A stretch of DNA of 64,000 nucleotides from Dimorphilus gyrociliatus (Eukaryota > Animalia > Annelida), in NCBI GenBank assembly GCA_904063045.1, contig CAJFCJ010000019.1:3416684-3480683 (forward strand). The letters are read 5' to 3'. The position numbers and the translations under genes are program-made. This document shows positions 26,806-40,632 of this stretch, piece by piece (position 1 is the stretch's first letter; every line of letters begins with the position of its first letter). The notes under the pieces were generated by a model. The model was not told the DNA's origin. It saw nothing but the letters and a program-made list of their open reading frames with translations, and did no database searches.

Positions 26806-27722
26806 TTATATAGCAGCTTCACAATCGTGTTGGAAGTTGGTGTTAACATAGCTGAGATCTTCTCTATTCCTTGAACTTCTTTCAATACTTTCGGCATAAC
26901 CTCTTATTTCCTTTATTAAGAAAAAAATCGAGTTTCTTATGTAATAGATTTGATAATGGTCCTTACATTGAGTAAGCGGTCTAGGTCAGCAAGGCAAACG
27001 TTTACAAAGGCTTCAAAATCCCCCAACCTGAGAACATTTCGAGTTACAACAACGAGCTGGTTAACTATCTGAATAAGTCTTTTAGACCTAATGGAATAAA
27101 TTATATTAGCTAACAGTGAAAGTTTCTTTTAGTCACTGATAAGATAGTTTACTTGACTTCGAGTAAGTGGTGGTCCAAAGGGGAATACATACTATATATT
27201 AAATCATCAACACGAGGAGTCATCATCTTAGCTACTCTGATAATTTCTTCCAACTTTTCCAAAGGCTTTATCTGAGCAGAACGTAAATAATAGCTAAAAC
27301 TTTTGAGATAAAAAACCTTCTCAGTAACTTACTTCCTTGGCTTGACTGACAGTCATTGTCTTTAGTTTAGTTGTAAGAGCATGACAATTTTTTAAGATTT
27401 GTAAACAAAAGGGAGCGAGACTCATCATTTCTTCTACCCATTCTTCATCTTGTAATAAGCGATCAAGGTTTGTATTATTCACAGAAAATTCATGTAACTG
27501 CATGTTGGCAGCTATTCGGGCTTCTGCTTGGGGATCGTTGTATTCATCAATACTTGATACTGAACTAATACCCCCATCATAAAGAGAACACTCGTCACTT
27601 GTATCACTAGATTTTCGTCGTTGAAATTTCATCTTACACATTACGACGAGACTCACAAGGGTACCAAAAAATATACAAACTAAAACAGATATAGCGACAA
27701 TAGAGATTGTTGAAGGCGACAT
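26806..27722 (-). CDS. TMEM98: Transmembrane protein 98 (4 exons)
   Basis: N-terminal TM helix, LLQDEEW...ILKNCHALTTKL, IIRVAKMMTPRVDDLIYSMYSPLD and LVVVTRN. Exons join in frame to TAA at 26806. Confidence 0.85.
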
Positions 27723-28440
27723 GATGGCTTCTGTCCTCAGAGTGAGAATTTATCTTATCATTGTTTACTAGATAAGGTACATTTTTAGGATAGCAAAAGT
27801 AAAAGCAATAGAAGATTCAGAAAGGTACAACATAATCTTAAGAATAATGACGTAAATACGGCTCAATAGCCTACTTTTCATATCTAAAAGAGATTTGTTT
27901 TAAAAATACATATTTTGTGATATAAACAAACTTTTTAACTCATTGCTGAAAATCCCATTTTGTTACAATACCTAAGGTAAAAAAAATACTGTTTTCGATA
28001 AATATTCTAAAAAAATGACTACTTGAATATAAACTGATAATAGTTTTGGAAATTTTAAATTTGTACTAAAAGTCAGTTATCATAAAAAAAAAGAAACTTT
28101 TAAATGTAATACTTTATTACTAAATTTTAATTTATTATTCTTTTTGAGGTAGTTTGATATTTGATCCTTAAATATTGTTAATTGATTTAAAATGAATAAA
28201 ATATATAATTTAAAATTTACCGCTAAATATTCAAAATGGAAGATTCTTAATTTCCTGCCAAATTTGTAAAATTTACAATTTACTCAATTCAACTTTGTCT
28301 TATGAAATATTATACAATTTTTATTAAAATATATTGAAAGTATAGAATAAAAAATATCTTAAGTTATAACATTTTTTTGATTAGAAAAGTTGTTGTTTAA
28401 CTAAAAATCCGAACTTAAACGTCAGTGCTTGCGTACAATC

Positions 28441-29654
28441 ATGGATCCCCTCGTATATCTTGTTATCGGGATAATAATAGCAATTTTGATTACCCTACTC
28501 ACATTGCTAAAAAGACAAAATGGTAACTCAGGTAAGAATTCACTCTTGTTAACAAATTATTTATCAGTTCAAAAATACCTTTCGGTTTTCAATATAGTCA
28601 AGAGTGTTCCTATTTTTGTGCAAATCAATTTTTCGTTCAATTTCTAACAAGAAAACATATGTTACAGTCGAAGTTGAAGCATCAGAAGAGGATGCCAGAC
28701 GAGTTCCCGTAGTCGGCGGCAGGAGACGAGAACCAGGTGGGAGAGGAGTTAGAAACAGACGAGCTCCAATTCGGGATGAAGAAGGTTAGTGTGGTGAAAG
28801 AGTCTAAAATTGCTAAAGAGTTTAATAACAGAAGACGATTTTGAGTCGGAGCTGGTTTTGCCGGAAGGAAAAGTGGGAGCTAAAAAATTAAGAAAACTAC
28901 AAGAAAAAGAGGAAAAACGAAGACAAAGAGAAGCTGATTTGGCAGAACGAGAGGATAGAAAAAAGCGTGAAGAGGAGAGAGAAAAGCGAAGAAGAGAGTT
29001 GGAAGAAATTGAGAAGTTGAAAGAAGAAGAAAGGGTAAATATATAAATTTATCTTAAACGAAATATTTTATTCAAATGCTAAAAAGGAAGAAGATGAGAA
29101 AAGATTGAAAGAAGAACAGGAAAGAAGGGAACATGAGGAATACTTGAAACTAAAAGAGGCTTTTTCTATAGATGAAGAAGGTGAAGATGCCCAAGAGGAA
29201 ACAAATGTAAATTATTCAAGCACTTTTATTAAGTATTTTTACATATTTATTTTCAAATTTTAGAGTGAATCCCTTCTTCAAGAATTCATCGATTACATTC
29301 AAGTAAAAATTCTTTCTTTTAAGTTTTTATACATTTCTTTAAAATTAAAATTAATTAACCCTTCTATTTTATTTTCAGCAAGTTAAAGTGGTTATGTTGG
29401 AGGATCTAGCGGCTCAGTTTAAAATTAAAACTCAAGATGCTATCGATAGAATAAATACCCTACAAGAAGATGAAAGATTAACGGGTGTATTAGATGATCG
29501 AGGAAAGTTCATATTTATAACTAGAGATGAACTTCAAGCTGTAGCAGATTTTATTCGTCGAAGAGGAAGAGTGTCAATAACCGAATTAGCCGAAAAATCT
29601 AATAATTTGATTGATTTGACTCCAGCTGTTGAAGCCTTACATGCCCTTTCGTAA
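28441..29654 (+). CDS. DDRGK1: DDRGK domain-containing protein 1 (UFBP1)
   Basis: N-terminal membrane anchor, charged coiled coil ([22 protein letters not shown]) and PCI-like C-terminus containing [14 protein letters not shown]. Confidence 0.94.
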
Positions 29655-29723
29655 TAAATTCTAAGATGTTTATTTTTTCTTTTAGGTCTGTTGTTGGATT
29701 ATTTCAAATAATAAATGCAAAAA

Positions 29724-31024
29724 TTAACTATGACTTAGTTCACTAGCTCTCTTCGCAGCTGCTTCAACGGCGCACATTAACGCTGCTCTAAGTCCACCTT
29801 TTTCCAACTCATGGAGGCCAGATATTGTAGTACCTCCTGGTGAAGTGACAGCATCTTTCAAAGCTCCAGGATGTAGGCCTGTCTCTAAGACCATTTTCGC
29901 CGCACCCATTAATGTCTGAGCAGCTAATTTTGTAGCGAGATCTCTAGGTAATCCTTGTTTCACTCCCCCGTCGGACATAGCTTCTACCATTTGGAAAACG
30001 TACGCTGGTCCTGAACCACTTAAACCAGTTACACCATTCAAAAGTCTCTCGGGTGCAACATGGCAAATACCTATTGATGACATGAGTTTCACTATCATGT
30101 CACAATCTTCTTTTGTGGCAGAACTACCAGGTGAACAAACACTGGCCCCACATTGAACCAAACATGGTGTGTTTGGCATTACACGAATAGCTCGAGTATT
30201 TTTGGGTAGCAATTCTTCAATCTTCTCCAGTGTTATGCCTGCTGCCACAGATACAAAAAGTTTACTTTTCATTTCTATGCAGTTAATTTCTTGAAGAACC
30301 GTTGAAACTATATGAGGTTTAACTGCTATTATAATAATATCAGACGAGTGCATAACATCAGCATTTGAGTTAGCCATTCTGACACCAATGTTTTTCATGG
30401 ACTCAACATTTGAGGTGTTCATTCCTGTTGACGAAGCCGAAACATTTTCAGCTTTAATTAATTTTGATATTATGAAGCCTTTACAAATGGCTTGAGCCAT
30501 TTTTCCGGCACCAATAAAGCCTATCTTCAAATTTAACTGCGATAGACTTGTATTATCAGAAGTTTCCTGAAAAAAATATAAAAAAAACCTATCAAGCAGA
30601 TGGAAAGTGGATTTCCTATTTATCTTATCTATGATAATAACAGTCTATACTATTTCAACCTCGTTGAATTTCGATATAACACTTTGCAAGAAACGTTCAA
30701 AAGTTGCATTACTCTTTCTTTCCTCTAATAATAAAGAACTCTTCGAGCCTACTATATCATATTTCTCTTTAACATTATTACAAAGCATCGTTTCAGTTTT
30801 ACCATTGGATATTATTTCAGAATTGTCTGAAACCTAAATTAATTTATGTCAAGCAACTCTAAAAAGTCTAAGATTATTACATAGTCTGTTTTATGATAAA
30901 TAACCTTTTGTATGGTTTTGTACGATTATATATTTTAAGTAATACAAGACTTATCAAGGGAGTATATACTATATTTAACTAATTATACCTTAACACCCTT
31001 CTTAGTATTATCCATGCAATCCAT
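29724..31024 (-). CDS. PYCR: Pyrroline-5-carboxylate reductase; core exon 29724-30566, probable upstream exons 30660-30833 and 30989-31024
   Basis: KIGFIGAGKMA Rossmann motif, RVMPNTP, GLSGSGPAY and VTSPGGTT. The core ORF has no ATG of its own; two phase-0 exons upstream supply one (this part is less certain). Confidence 0.9.
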
Positions 31025-31503
31025 ATCTGATAAATTTTTTCCTGATTTTAGTGATTCTTAGGTTTCAAAAAATTTTTTCTCTCCCAATATTTAATGCTAT
31101 TATTCTGTGTAAAAAAATTCAATTAAGGATGAATTCTGTAACAATAGCATAATAAATATTTTAACATCATAAACGTCATTATTAGAATTATTTTATATTT
31201 ATTTTTATTTAAATATCTACAAACCTTTTGATGATGTGATTTTCTTCGAGTTTCTCTTATTTTATTTTATCGCCACGCATTGGTCATAGCCAACATATTA
31301 TACCAGTTTTCACAAAAAAGGCGGACTTTTCATTTAAATGTTCTTTTTTATCGAACGTTTTTGGCTGAGTTTTATGTTTTATACTATTATTCGTGGGCTA
31401 TAAAATTTCAAAATAATTTATTCTTTTCTTTAAAATTAACAATAAATCTAATATTCTTTAATTAATCATTATTTTGCAATCAAAGACTTAGTAAAAGTCA
31501 TTT

Positions 31504-34500
31504 TTAATAACTACTCATCGCTCCTGAATCGCTATCTGTATCTCTCCTTAAAGTTCCTAATAGACTCTTTAGCATAGTTTCCATTTTGTCCATTCTAGAA
31601 TTAATCGTTTTGACCTGTTCTTTTATATAGTTATATGATTCTGTATGAGAGTCTTCTATAGTTTGACCTTCATCCTCCTTTATTAAATAAAATGATTTTA
31701 AAGAAAATGTAATAAACGGCTACTGTTAAATTATTTAAAGAGAAACAAACATTTGTATTATCGCTTTTGTAAACAGCCTTCGTAATAGCTATTGCTGATA
31801 GAGGACCCGATAGAAAAACCTTAATTAATGTCATTATTTTAGAAGAATAATGATTCGGTCGAATGATTGATTTTCCAATGACACAATTGAACTTCTTTCT
31901 AAGAGCCTCTGGAAGTGACATTTCAACGTCTAAAGATAATTCAACTTGCATAGCCAGCTTCTTTAGTCTAGCTTGATTTTTTATCTCTTGAACATCGCCA
32001 ACCGCTAAACCAGTCTAAAATAATAATAAAAAAGACAAACGTAGTGCCTATTTTGGGATGAAAGACAAGACTTACCAATAAATTTGTTATGATAATTGTG
32101 ACTAATATAAGAAATGTTACGAATAAAGCATACGTAACACCTTCGTAGTGTACTCTTGATCCGGGATCATTTTCGCTATCTGCATGAAATATTGCACCAA
32201 AGTCGAGTTCACCTATCATCATAACACCAGCCTTAACAAAAGCATAACCCGGCGTTGAAAATTGATGTTGGTTTCTCAATAATACAAAAAAGGAAAATCC
32301 AAACGCAAAAATGAATAAAGAGAAGCAAAAGATGAAAAACTTTGCAAAAGTTATAAAGACTTCGCCAACCATAACAATATATATACCAACTCTAGGAAGT
32401 CTCCTAAGAAACAATATTAAGTTTATCCACATAACAAACATACATGCGGCTCCAAGTTGCCATTGCCAAGGCTTTTAAAGTGAAGAGGAAAAAAATAGAC
32501 ACTCATTTAAAATATTACTCATTTTATTATTTCTACTTACCAGTCTAATTCCGCAAGGATGAACTGGAGCTATAACAATTGCAGATGAAATATAACTGAA
32601 CCAATCTAGAATATTGGTTGCGTTTTGAATATATTGCGATCTTGTATTATAAACTTGAACTAACTGTAAATATATTTTCATCAAATAGCTTTTCTATAAC
32701 GTATATTTCATTTATAAATTAAAAAACTCCTCTAACCTCAATTATAATTCCTATTATCGAAAATATCCACATTACCAAAGTAGTTACTGTCGCTTCAGCC
32801 GTGTTCATTGCTAAATTAGTTGTTTTTGCATCGTCATCTAAAACTTGTATACAAACAGAAGTCATATTTTTTTCCATTAATGTTGAATTCCTAGAAAAAT
32901 TTTGTTGAATAAGATATCTAATCAATTAATTAATAGATACTACTCATTACATCATATAAGGTGGTCTGTGGGATACCATATAGGCCGTTAATAAAAACGT
33001 GAAGAAGACATAATAAATAAGGAAGCTGAAATATGTTATTTGAGCCATTTTCCATTTATGTCTTATTAAAGATAAAACGAGTGGATGATATAGCATATCG
33101 GCTCTCTTCGATCTAACCATAATCGAAAGAGGATGGTTTTCTTGACGGACGGCGGCAATTTTTGTGTATGGTTCAGCATCTGGGACAAGATGCCACCTCT
33201 TGTCATATAAGTTATCTATTTCATTTTTTACGATTAGACTTGGATAATAAAGTAACAGAAAAATTTGTGTTTAAGTACCTACTGATTCTGGGCAGTCTTT
33301 TTTCCCATCTGCCCAGAGAACGCTTGTATAGGTATCATCTATAAATTCGAAATCGCATGTTATTTTTAGGTCTTTAGCCTTTATATCCTTATCTTTGTTG
33401 AAGTCTATACACTTTTCTAAAACTTTATTTGTTACATCGGGCATTTTTTTAACTAGTTGACGAAAGGGAGTAATCATCTTTTCATCTTCCCACCTCAAAT
33501 TTCTCAAAGATTTTCTCCATTGAGAACTGTTTATTATGATCATTGCTGTTTCCTTTTGATTATATTGTATAGCAATATCAAGAACGTTTAATCCTTTTGT
33601 ATCTCGAATATCCACCTGAAAGTTTTTATTTAGTAATTCTTTTACCACAGCAGGATGACCTCTTCCAGTTGCAATATGAAGGGCTGAATGCTACAAAACG
33701 CAGGTAATAGGTATAAATGGTACAAGGTTAACTGTACAAAATCATTAACGAACCCTATATCTATCCAAACTATCTATTTCGCATCCATTGTTTAATAATA
33801 TAGTTACTGCTGAAGATTGTCCCGATTCAGCTGCGCACATAATGGGAGTCCACATAAAACGGTTTCTAAGAAGGAAATGTTTGACTAACGGCATCGCAAT
33901 GCTAAAAATTGTTACCTATGATTTACGTGACCACCGGATCTTATAAGCAATTGCAGGGTCTTTGTATGGCCAGCAGTTGCAGCATGGTGAAGAGGTGTCC
34001 CGCCATCTTCGTCCTCATCGTTAACAATACTTTTGTCTTTTGTACAGTCCATCATTTTCTTTAGCGCCAAAACTTTACCAAATTTTGCTGCAACATGCAT
34101 TGCGGTTTCCTCGTCTTCGTTTTTATTTCTTACATCAGCACCATTCTTGAGTAGTCTTTCTACAACATCAGAATACCCTTTTTTGGCAGCCAAATGGAGT
34201 GGACTATTGCCTCTTTTGTCGTCTCCACTGATGAATTTATCTATTATACCGGCATTTTTCATAAAATCCAACAATATCTTTAAAACTGCATCTCTGTTGT
34301 GTCTAGCAGCTAAATGTATAACTGATCTATCCATATTTGTTAAATTCGCGGCATCTGCCCCATTTTCGAGTAGTAAGCTTACAACTTTCTTACTTCCCTC
34401 TTGACAAGCAGCGTGCAAGGCAGTAAAGGATTGATGGTCTTCCAAATTAATTTCAATACCCCTTTAGGAGATGAAGAAAGAAAAATTTTTCTCCGGAAAT

Positions 34501-35817
34501 CTAACATTTTAAATATTTAATTAAACCTATTTATGAGTTTATTCGCTACAGCAACCTGGTCGTTCAAAGCAGCTTTATGGAGAGCACTACGCCCTTCACA
34601 AGTCAAAGAATTCAGAAGGGCTGGTTCCCTCTTCAGAATCATATCGGCTATTAAGGTATCACCAGACATTGCAGAAAGGTGAAGTGGAGTTAGCTTTTCG
34701 CCTCTGCAAGTTTTGTTTATTTTTGCATGGTTGTCGACTAGAATCTTGAAAGTGTCCCTATGACAATTCTCTACAGAGAAATCTAATGCGCTTTCGCTAT
34801 TTTTAGTTAATCTATTTACATATTCTTTATTGTTTGCTGTTTTAATTAATAATTCTGAAATTTCGGCGTTTCCTTCATACGCTGCAACATGAAGGGGTGT
34901 GTAGTCATCTTCATCTTCGACGTCGATTCTTGCTCCTGCCCGCATCAAGTGAGGTAAAATATTAATTCTATTATATTTAGCAACATGATGCATTGCTGTG
35001 AAGCCTCTTTTGTCCGAATGCTACCGTAACATAAATATAATGGCAATTATTTTACAAAGATAAAGTTTTTTTACAAACATTCAAGTCAATTCCATGGATG
35101 GAGAGAAGTTCAAGAACAACTGGAATATTTCCTCTCTGAATGGAATACATTAGAGGAGTTCCACCAGCCTCGTCCTCTTCGTTAATTGATAATCCAGCAT
35201 CCATAAGTGATCGTATAATTTTTTTATACGCCGATTTATCACCCTAAAAGTAACGATTAGAAAGTGATGAGTATATTAAATTCTCCTTAAGTAAAAGATG
35301 AACCTTCCGACTTGAGTCTGATGTGTTGAACATTGCCTGTTTATTTCTAGCAGCATAATGTAGGGCCGTTGCTCCTTCAAGATCGCCTACGTGCACATCT
35401 AATTATCCAAATTATACATTTTAGTAGTTGTTCCATATATAAACCGAATGTTTACCTATCCCACATTCAATAAGTACATCAACAGCTTCGCTTTTATTAT
35501 ACCATGCCGCATAATGTATAGGCGATAGCTTTAAATCTGCTACCTTTAATTAATCTTAATAGAGATTTCTTTCAAATATATCAAACAATAAGAAGAGATT
35601 TTTTATTCTATACCTGAGGATTTTTGAAGCTAAATTCCTCTAGACCTGGAATTTTACGTATTTCACGTTCACTTGACAAATTATAGTTAAATTCCGAATG
35701 TTGTCTAGTAATTAAATCAAATTTTGGAACAGATAAATGATCCTTTGATTTTTTTCTATGTTTAAACTTTTTTACTTTAATTTTTGATTTAGTTGAATGG
35801 GCATCTGAAGACTTCAT
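31504..35817 (-). CDS. TRPA1: TRPA1-like ankyrin-repeat cation channel (5' end uncertain, possibly extends to 36642)
   Basis: A long ankyrin-repeat run (SPIHYAAW, TPLHVAA, SPLHLAAKKG, TPLHHAA), NHPLSIMV...HPLVLSLIRHKW, TM region (WQWQLGA, GIYIVM, MMIGELDF) and TRP-like helix NLLTGLAVGDV. Last exon ends ...GAMSSY*. Confidence 0.88.
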
Positions 35818-36882
35818 ATTTATGAATGGTACAGTTGAACCGTTCTTATCAGTTTATCATAGTCTACCTTATCATATTTATGGTGAATATTTGAAGTTCT
35901 AAATGACATTTAATCTAAAGTCTAGGTTAATTCTTCTTGGCCAATTTATTGATTTTTTAGTAATAAGAATGTTTATAATCATATTTTTTTAAAACAAATT
36001 TAAGAGGAACTGTTTAATAATAGATCACATGACGTATACCATATATTTACTCGCAAACACTATATTCAGTATCGAAAACAGGTCAACAACGAAAAATTAC
36101 ATAAAGTATCATAATAAAGGTGAATAGAACAAAATCTAATAATAAATAATAAAAGAAATAATAAACTTGAACGTTTTTTCAAAAGAAATTAATATAAATT
36201 ACAATCTTCTTCAAAACATGCCTTAGTTTCAATTGGATAATTTTATTAAGTTGTTGAAGATTTATTTCATACAGTCACTTCTGGATGCCTAAGGAATTTA
36301 TAGATTACGTGGTAGTGCTGAATATAAATACGTCACTAATCCGTTTTACATTTCGTGGATTTAAACACTTGTAAAGGTGTATATTTCTTGTTTATTTGTT
36401 GTGCCGTTGACGTTATAGATTTAACTGTACTAACAACTCTTGATAGGGCATTTGGCTTCGAATCTGAAATAATAGGCGATTGTATTTAGTCGGTTTAGAA
36501 ACAAGATTATTTCTGGCTTTTCTTTCGATAACTTACATGTGGTTTCTTGTCCAGTTTCACAATCGTCTTCTAAAACTTCATAATCAGATTTAAGAGATAA
36601 GAATGAACTGTACGATTGAGATTTAGATACGGAGCTACTCATGATGCGGAATCTATTTCTAAAATGCTGAATTGTTTACGTAAATTTCTTCCGAACACAT
36701 GTTGCAATTTAGTTTTAATAATCAATGAAGCTATTGATTGAAAAAAATATACAACGGGCACAGGAGATGAAGAAAAAGAGTATAGATATAGGCTTTCTGG
36801 GGTTAATTAGGCCTACCTACATACGTAAACGCATGTTTATCACATTCTATATTTAGATCACGGTTTTTAAACATAATTCATC

Positions 36883-36890
36883 TGACGTCA
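36883..36890. promoter_or_regulatory. Full CRE palindrome TGACGTCA upstream of the TRPA1-like locus
   Basis: Exact 8-bp palindrome ~240 bp upstream of the spliced ORF at 36642. Motif match only. Confidence 0.3.
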
Positions 36891-38201
36891 GCATCATTCC
36901 ATTACTCCTTTAATAACTAAAAAGGAAATAATTTACAAATTATAAAAGAATAGTAAAATAACTATTTCTATTATTTGTTGTTTATAACCAATGTTACTCT
37001 TTGTTTGTTATAGATTATCAAATAATCCAAACTGATATCTTTAATTCTAATTTTAAATTAACCCGGCTTTTCATCGATAAAATGTTGAAATGGCTTAAAC
37101 ACTTTTAATAAAAGCTTTAAAGAAAAATTATTGATATTTAAGTATATTATGTATTTAATTAAGAGACTTCTTTACATCTGCTGCATTTATTAGTGAACTT
37201 AGGTCGTCTGCAATGAACTTGAGTGTAACTTTTTGTACAGACGATTATTTTATCAATATATTAATTGGCTAATATGTAATTCTTTTGGAGCATTTTGATA
37301 GAGGAGGAGGAAGAGGGTGTGGGGGAGGAATTGATATCATTAAATCTACGTGCTTATATTTGCTAATTTAATAATTAAAATATTACATTTCCCTATTTAA
37401 GAGGATAAATCGAAAAAATCAATACAGTATATTTCTATTTCCTGAACTTTACACTCCTTTTGCTTGTATTTATATACGATTGTAACGATTGCTTCAAATA
37501 TGAAATGCGTATTTCGTCTTTAACTGGTTTACGACAAAGGGTGAATAACCCATATATGTTGGATCCACACTTTTATCCTTTTAATATGATATATTCCGTA
37601 AAATAGATATAACAATACTTTTCTGCGAAACTAATTTTCATTGTTATTTCAGTATATTTCAAAAAAAGATTCCCTCTATCTTTCCTTTTCAAGGCTATAA
37701 TAACAATAACTTAACAAATTACACAGAATTAGCATTGAATATTAAAATCCTCCTATTCAATTCAGGCTGATGAGGAGCTTTATTCTACTTAGAAAAAACT
37801 TGTTCAAGTACTTTTATAACGTAAACTAAAAGCTTTGCTACAAACAATTACAATGCCCATTCAAAACGATTGGTTAAATTTTAATGATAGTGTTATAAAT
37901 AACAATCGCTCCATACGATAAATTAGTTTCGGCGTATCTGCAAATTATTAATAATTTTATTTATGATGGCAGGATATATTATGGCACAAAATGAAATAGA
38001 AAAACGACTGTAAACAGTATAAATGAGAATAGTAGCTTCATAAATGTTCTTTGGTAAATGAATCAACTTTTGAACAATCAAAATTCAATATCTTTTTGAA
38101 ATTCTTTTTTTTTTGATAGTAAAAACAGTTTTCTAACTCAGTGAGAAGATATTCACGATCATCTTTCTTCTTAGACATTCTCCTCATTTTAGCTTGATTA
38201 T

Positions 38202-38750
38202 TCATGGAGTAACTTTTGGTAGTGACTTTGATTTGAACTTATAGCAGCATAAAAATCCAACATCGACTGCTAACTCGAAGAATTCAAACAGAGTTATTAC
38301 AGAGAATCCTAGCCATAAGCCAACTTGACCACCCAAGTCCGATAACAGATTGACCACCTATAGAAAAATTACATTGATCGAAAGGATTAATGACATTATC
38401 TTGTAACTATATGACTTACCCCATAAGAAGCTGCTGTTGTAATTTGAGAATACGACAGAGAGGAAAAATACACGTTAACTTTTAATACATTTTCAGTTAC
38501 GAAATTTTTCCTTGCTTCAACAGGCTTATTCGTTAATAGATCATACAATTCTTCATTTCGATTAAAAAGAATATCTATAGTATCTCCCTACGAAGTTTAA
38601 AATGATAAAGTTAATAACAAATTAATTACAAATTAGACTCTATCGAATTTGAAAGTGAACACTAACAATCTTAACGTTTGACGGCCATGCAGAGTAGCTA
38701 GCAGCCAAGTTATATTCGTCTTCACTAAAAATATGATGAAATATATACAG

Positions 38751-38786
<36 letters not shown>

Positions 38787-40422
38787 TTAGATACGAAAAG
38801 CCAACTTAAAAATACATACACACAAGCCGGAGGACACTTTGTCTGACAATTTAAATTTCCATTCGAAAAGTCTGTCTGAATTTTATTCTTGCACATTGCT
38901 ATTAAAAGAAATTTGAAAAAATCCTACTTTAGAGAATGATTTATAACTAACTTTCTGTATTATTATCAAGTCTGCAAGGTTCTATTTCTACTTTATGTGC
39001 AGCTGATTCTAAAGCGAAAGCTTCGCCTTCAAAATTATAAATAGGATCTGCACAACCGCATTTCAATATAACGTTTTGTTGATAACAGGTTTTCTTGCAA
39101 GCCTATTGGATTTATACGTTAATTGAATAGAATGACAGTTAAGAATTATACCTTACTTGTTCACTATACGATATATTCTTCAATTCTTGTAGAAAACCAT
39201 TTCTTAGCTTTATTTCCGAAGATGTAAAATTTTTGCACTTTCCGTGAGGTGGATCTTCTCTAAAATGTTTTATAAGCCGAATACCAATGCTTGACATTGT
39301 TCCAGGAGCAGTGCTTATTCCCATATCTTCTGGAAAAGGCATATCTGTTTGATCATGAACAATTACTCTGGCTCCGGCTGTTTCTGCCACGTCTTTAACA
39401 TATTCTCCCTGATTTATGAAAAGTGTCATCGATAGCCCTATTTAAAAAAATTAAAAGATTAATCGTGAACAAACAATAATAAGAAATAGGAAAAATATAC
39501 CGTAAAGTGGTCCGGGTTTATTGCTAACTAAACGTTTAGATGAATTTTTGGATAAGAAAGCATTGAATGTAAAACAATTACCATACAAATAGTTGCTAAA
39601 GTAAGTAAAGTTCCTGGAAAAACATTATATAAACATTTCCGAATAAGAGGACTTTTTTGAAAGTTGATAGTTTACTTTGGACCACATTTACGACCGTTAA
39701 ATGTGCATGAAATTAATAGAGATGATATGTTAGAGCCAATTGCTTTTCGATCCTTTGGTTCCAATGCAGCAAAATATTGAATAAATTTGGTACTCCTTGT
39801 AAAATCCTCATCTTCTATGTCGTCTTCTTCTGTGTCCCAATTAAAAAACTTCGGAGGCCTATCGTTCACTTCCCCATTTTCATTTGATTCTCTTCCCTGT
39901 AATAAGGAAAAGTTTCTTATCAATCAACAAACAGAATCCAATACGAAAGTTTACTTTTAACGTACTCTAAAGAGTGATCTAATATCCTCACCGGCTTCAT
40001 GAATAGCGTGTACTCTAACAGGATTTAAATTACAAATGGTTACTGCAGGAAACTGAAGAGATGGAGTATTTTGAGATATTTCTGTAGTAGTAGTAGGATA
40101 CGAATAGAATTGCTGAACTGCCATCACTATTTGCCAGATAAGCAAGCCTGGAAACGCGCAGAAAGGTGCTTCGTTAGACTAATTAAATTAGACTGTTATT
40201 CCTTTTGCTTCCTACCTAAGCCTGATACTGTTATAAATAACCAAAAGAATTTTCGACAATGACTGCTGGATCTTTGAACATTTGGCAGTCCATGCATGCC
40301 AGTTTTTTCTGCCAGTCCTCCAATAAGAGAAACAAGGGAAGGCTCTTTCTCTTCATTATATCCGATAGTAGTACTCCTGACTACTGGTGGAGGAGCGCCG
40401 TAATTATCTCTAGTCTCTGTAT

Positions 40423-40426
<4 letters not shown>
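38202..40426 (-). CDS. DEG/ENaC family sodium channel subunit (10 exons)
   Basis: TGMHG pre-TM1 motif, FPAVTICNLNP, YGNCFTFN, GARVIVHDQ...PFP, Cys-rich thumb and TM2 LLSDLGGQVGLWLGFS. Confidence 0.94.
38755..38784. repeat. (TA)15 microsatellite in a DEG/ENaC intron
   Basis: Directly visible; produces the IYIYIY run in ORF 38633..38896. Confidence 0.9.
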
Positions 40427-40457
<31 letters not shown>

Positions 40458-40590
40458 TTCGGTTTGCTGAGAATTACTTGAATGTCACTCTAAGGTTTTG
40501 CGTATGGATATTAATACACCTGACTCATAATTTAAATCGTCCAATTAATGAATATTAATAAACTGTAATGTAAATGCTTATTATAAATAA

Positions 40591-40630
<40 letters not shown>
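40425..40630. repeat. Two (AT)n microsatellites (40425-40454 and 40595-40630); the first abuts the DEG/ENaC ATG
   Basis: Directly visible. Confidence 0.9.
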
Positions 40631-40632
<2 letters not shown>

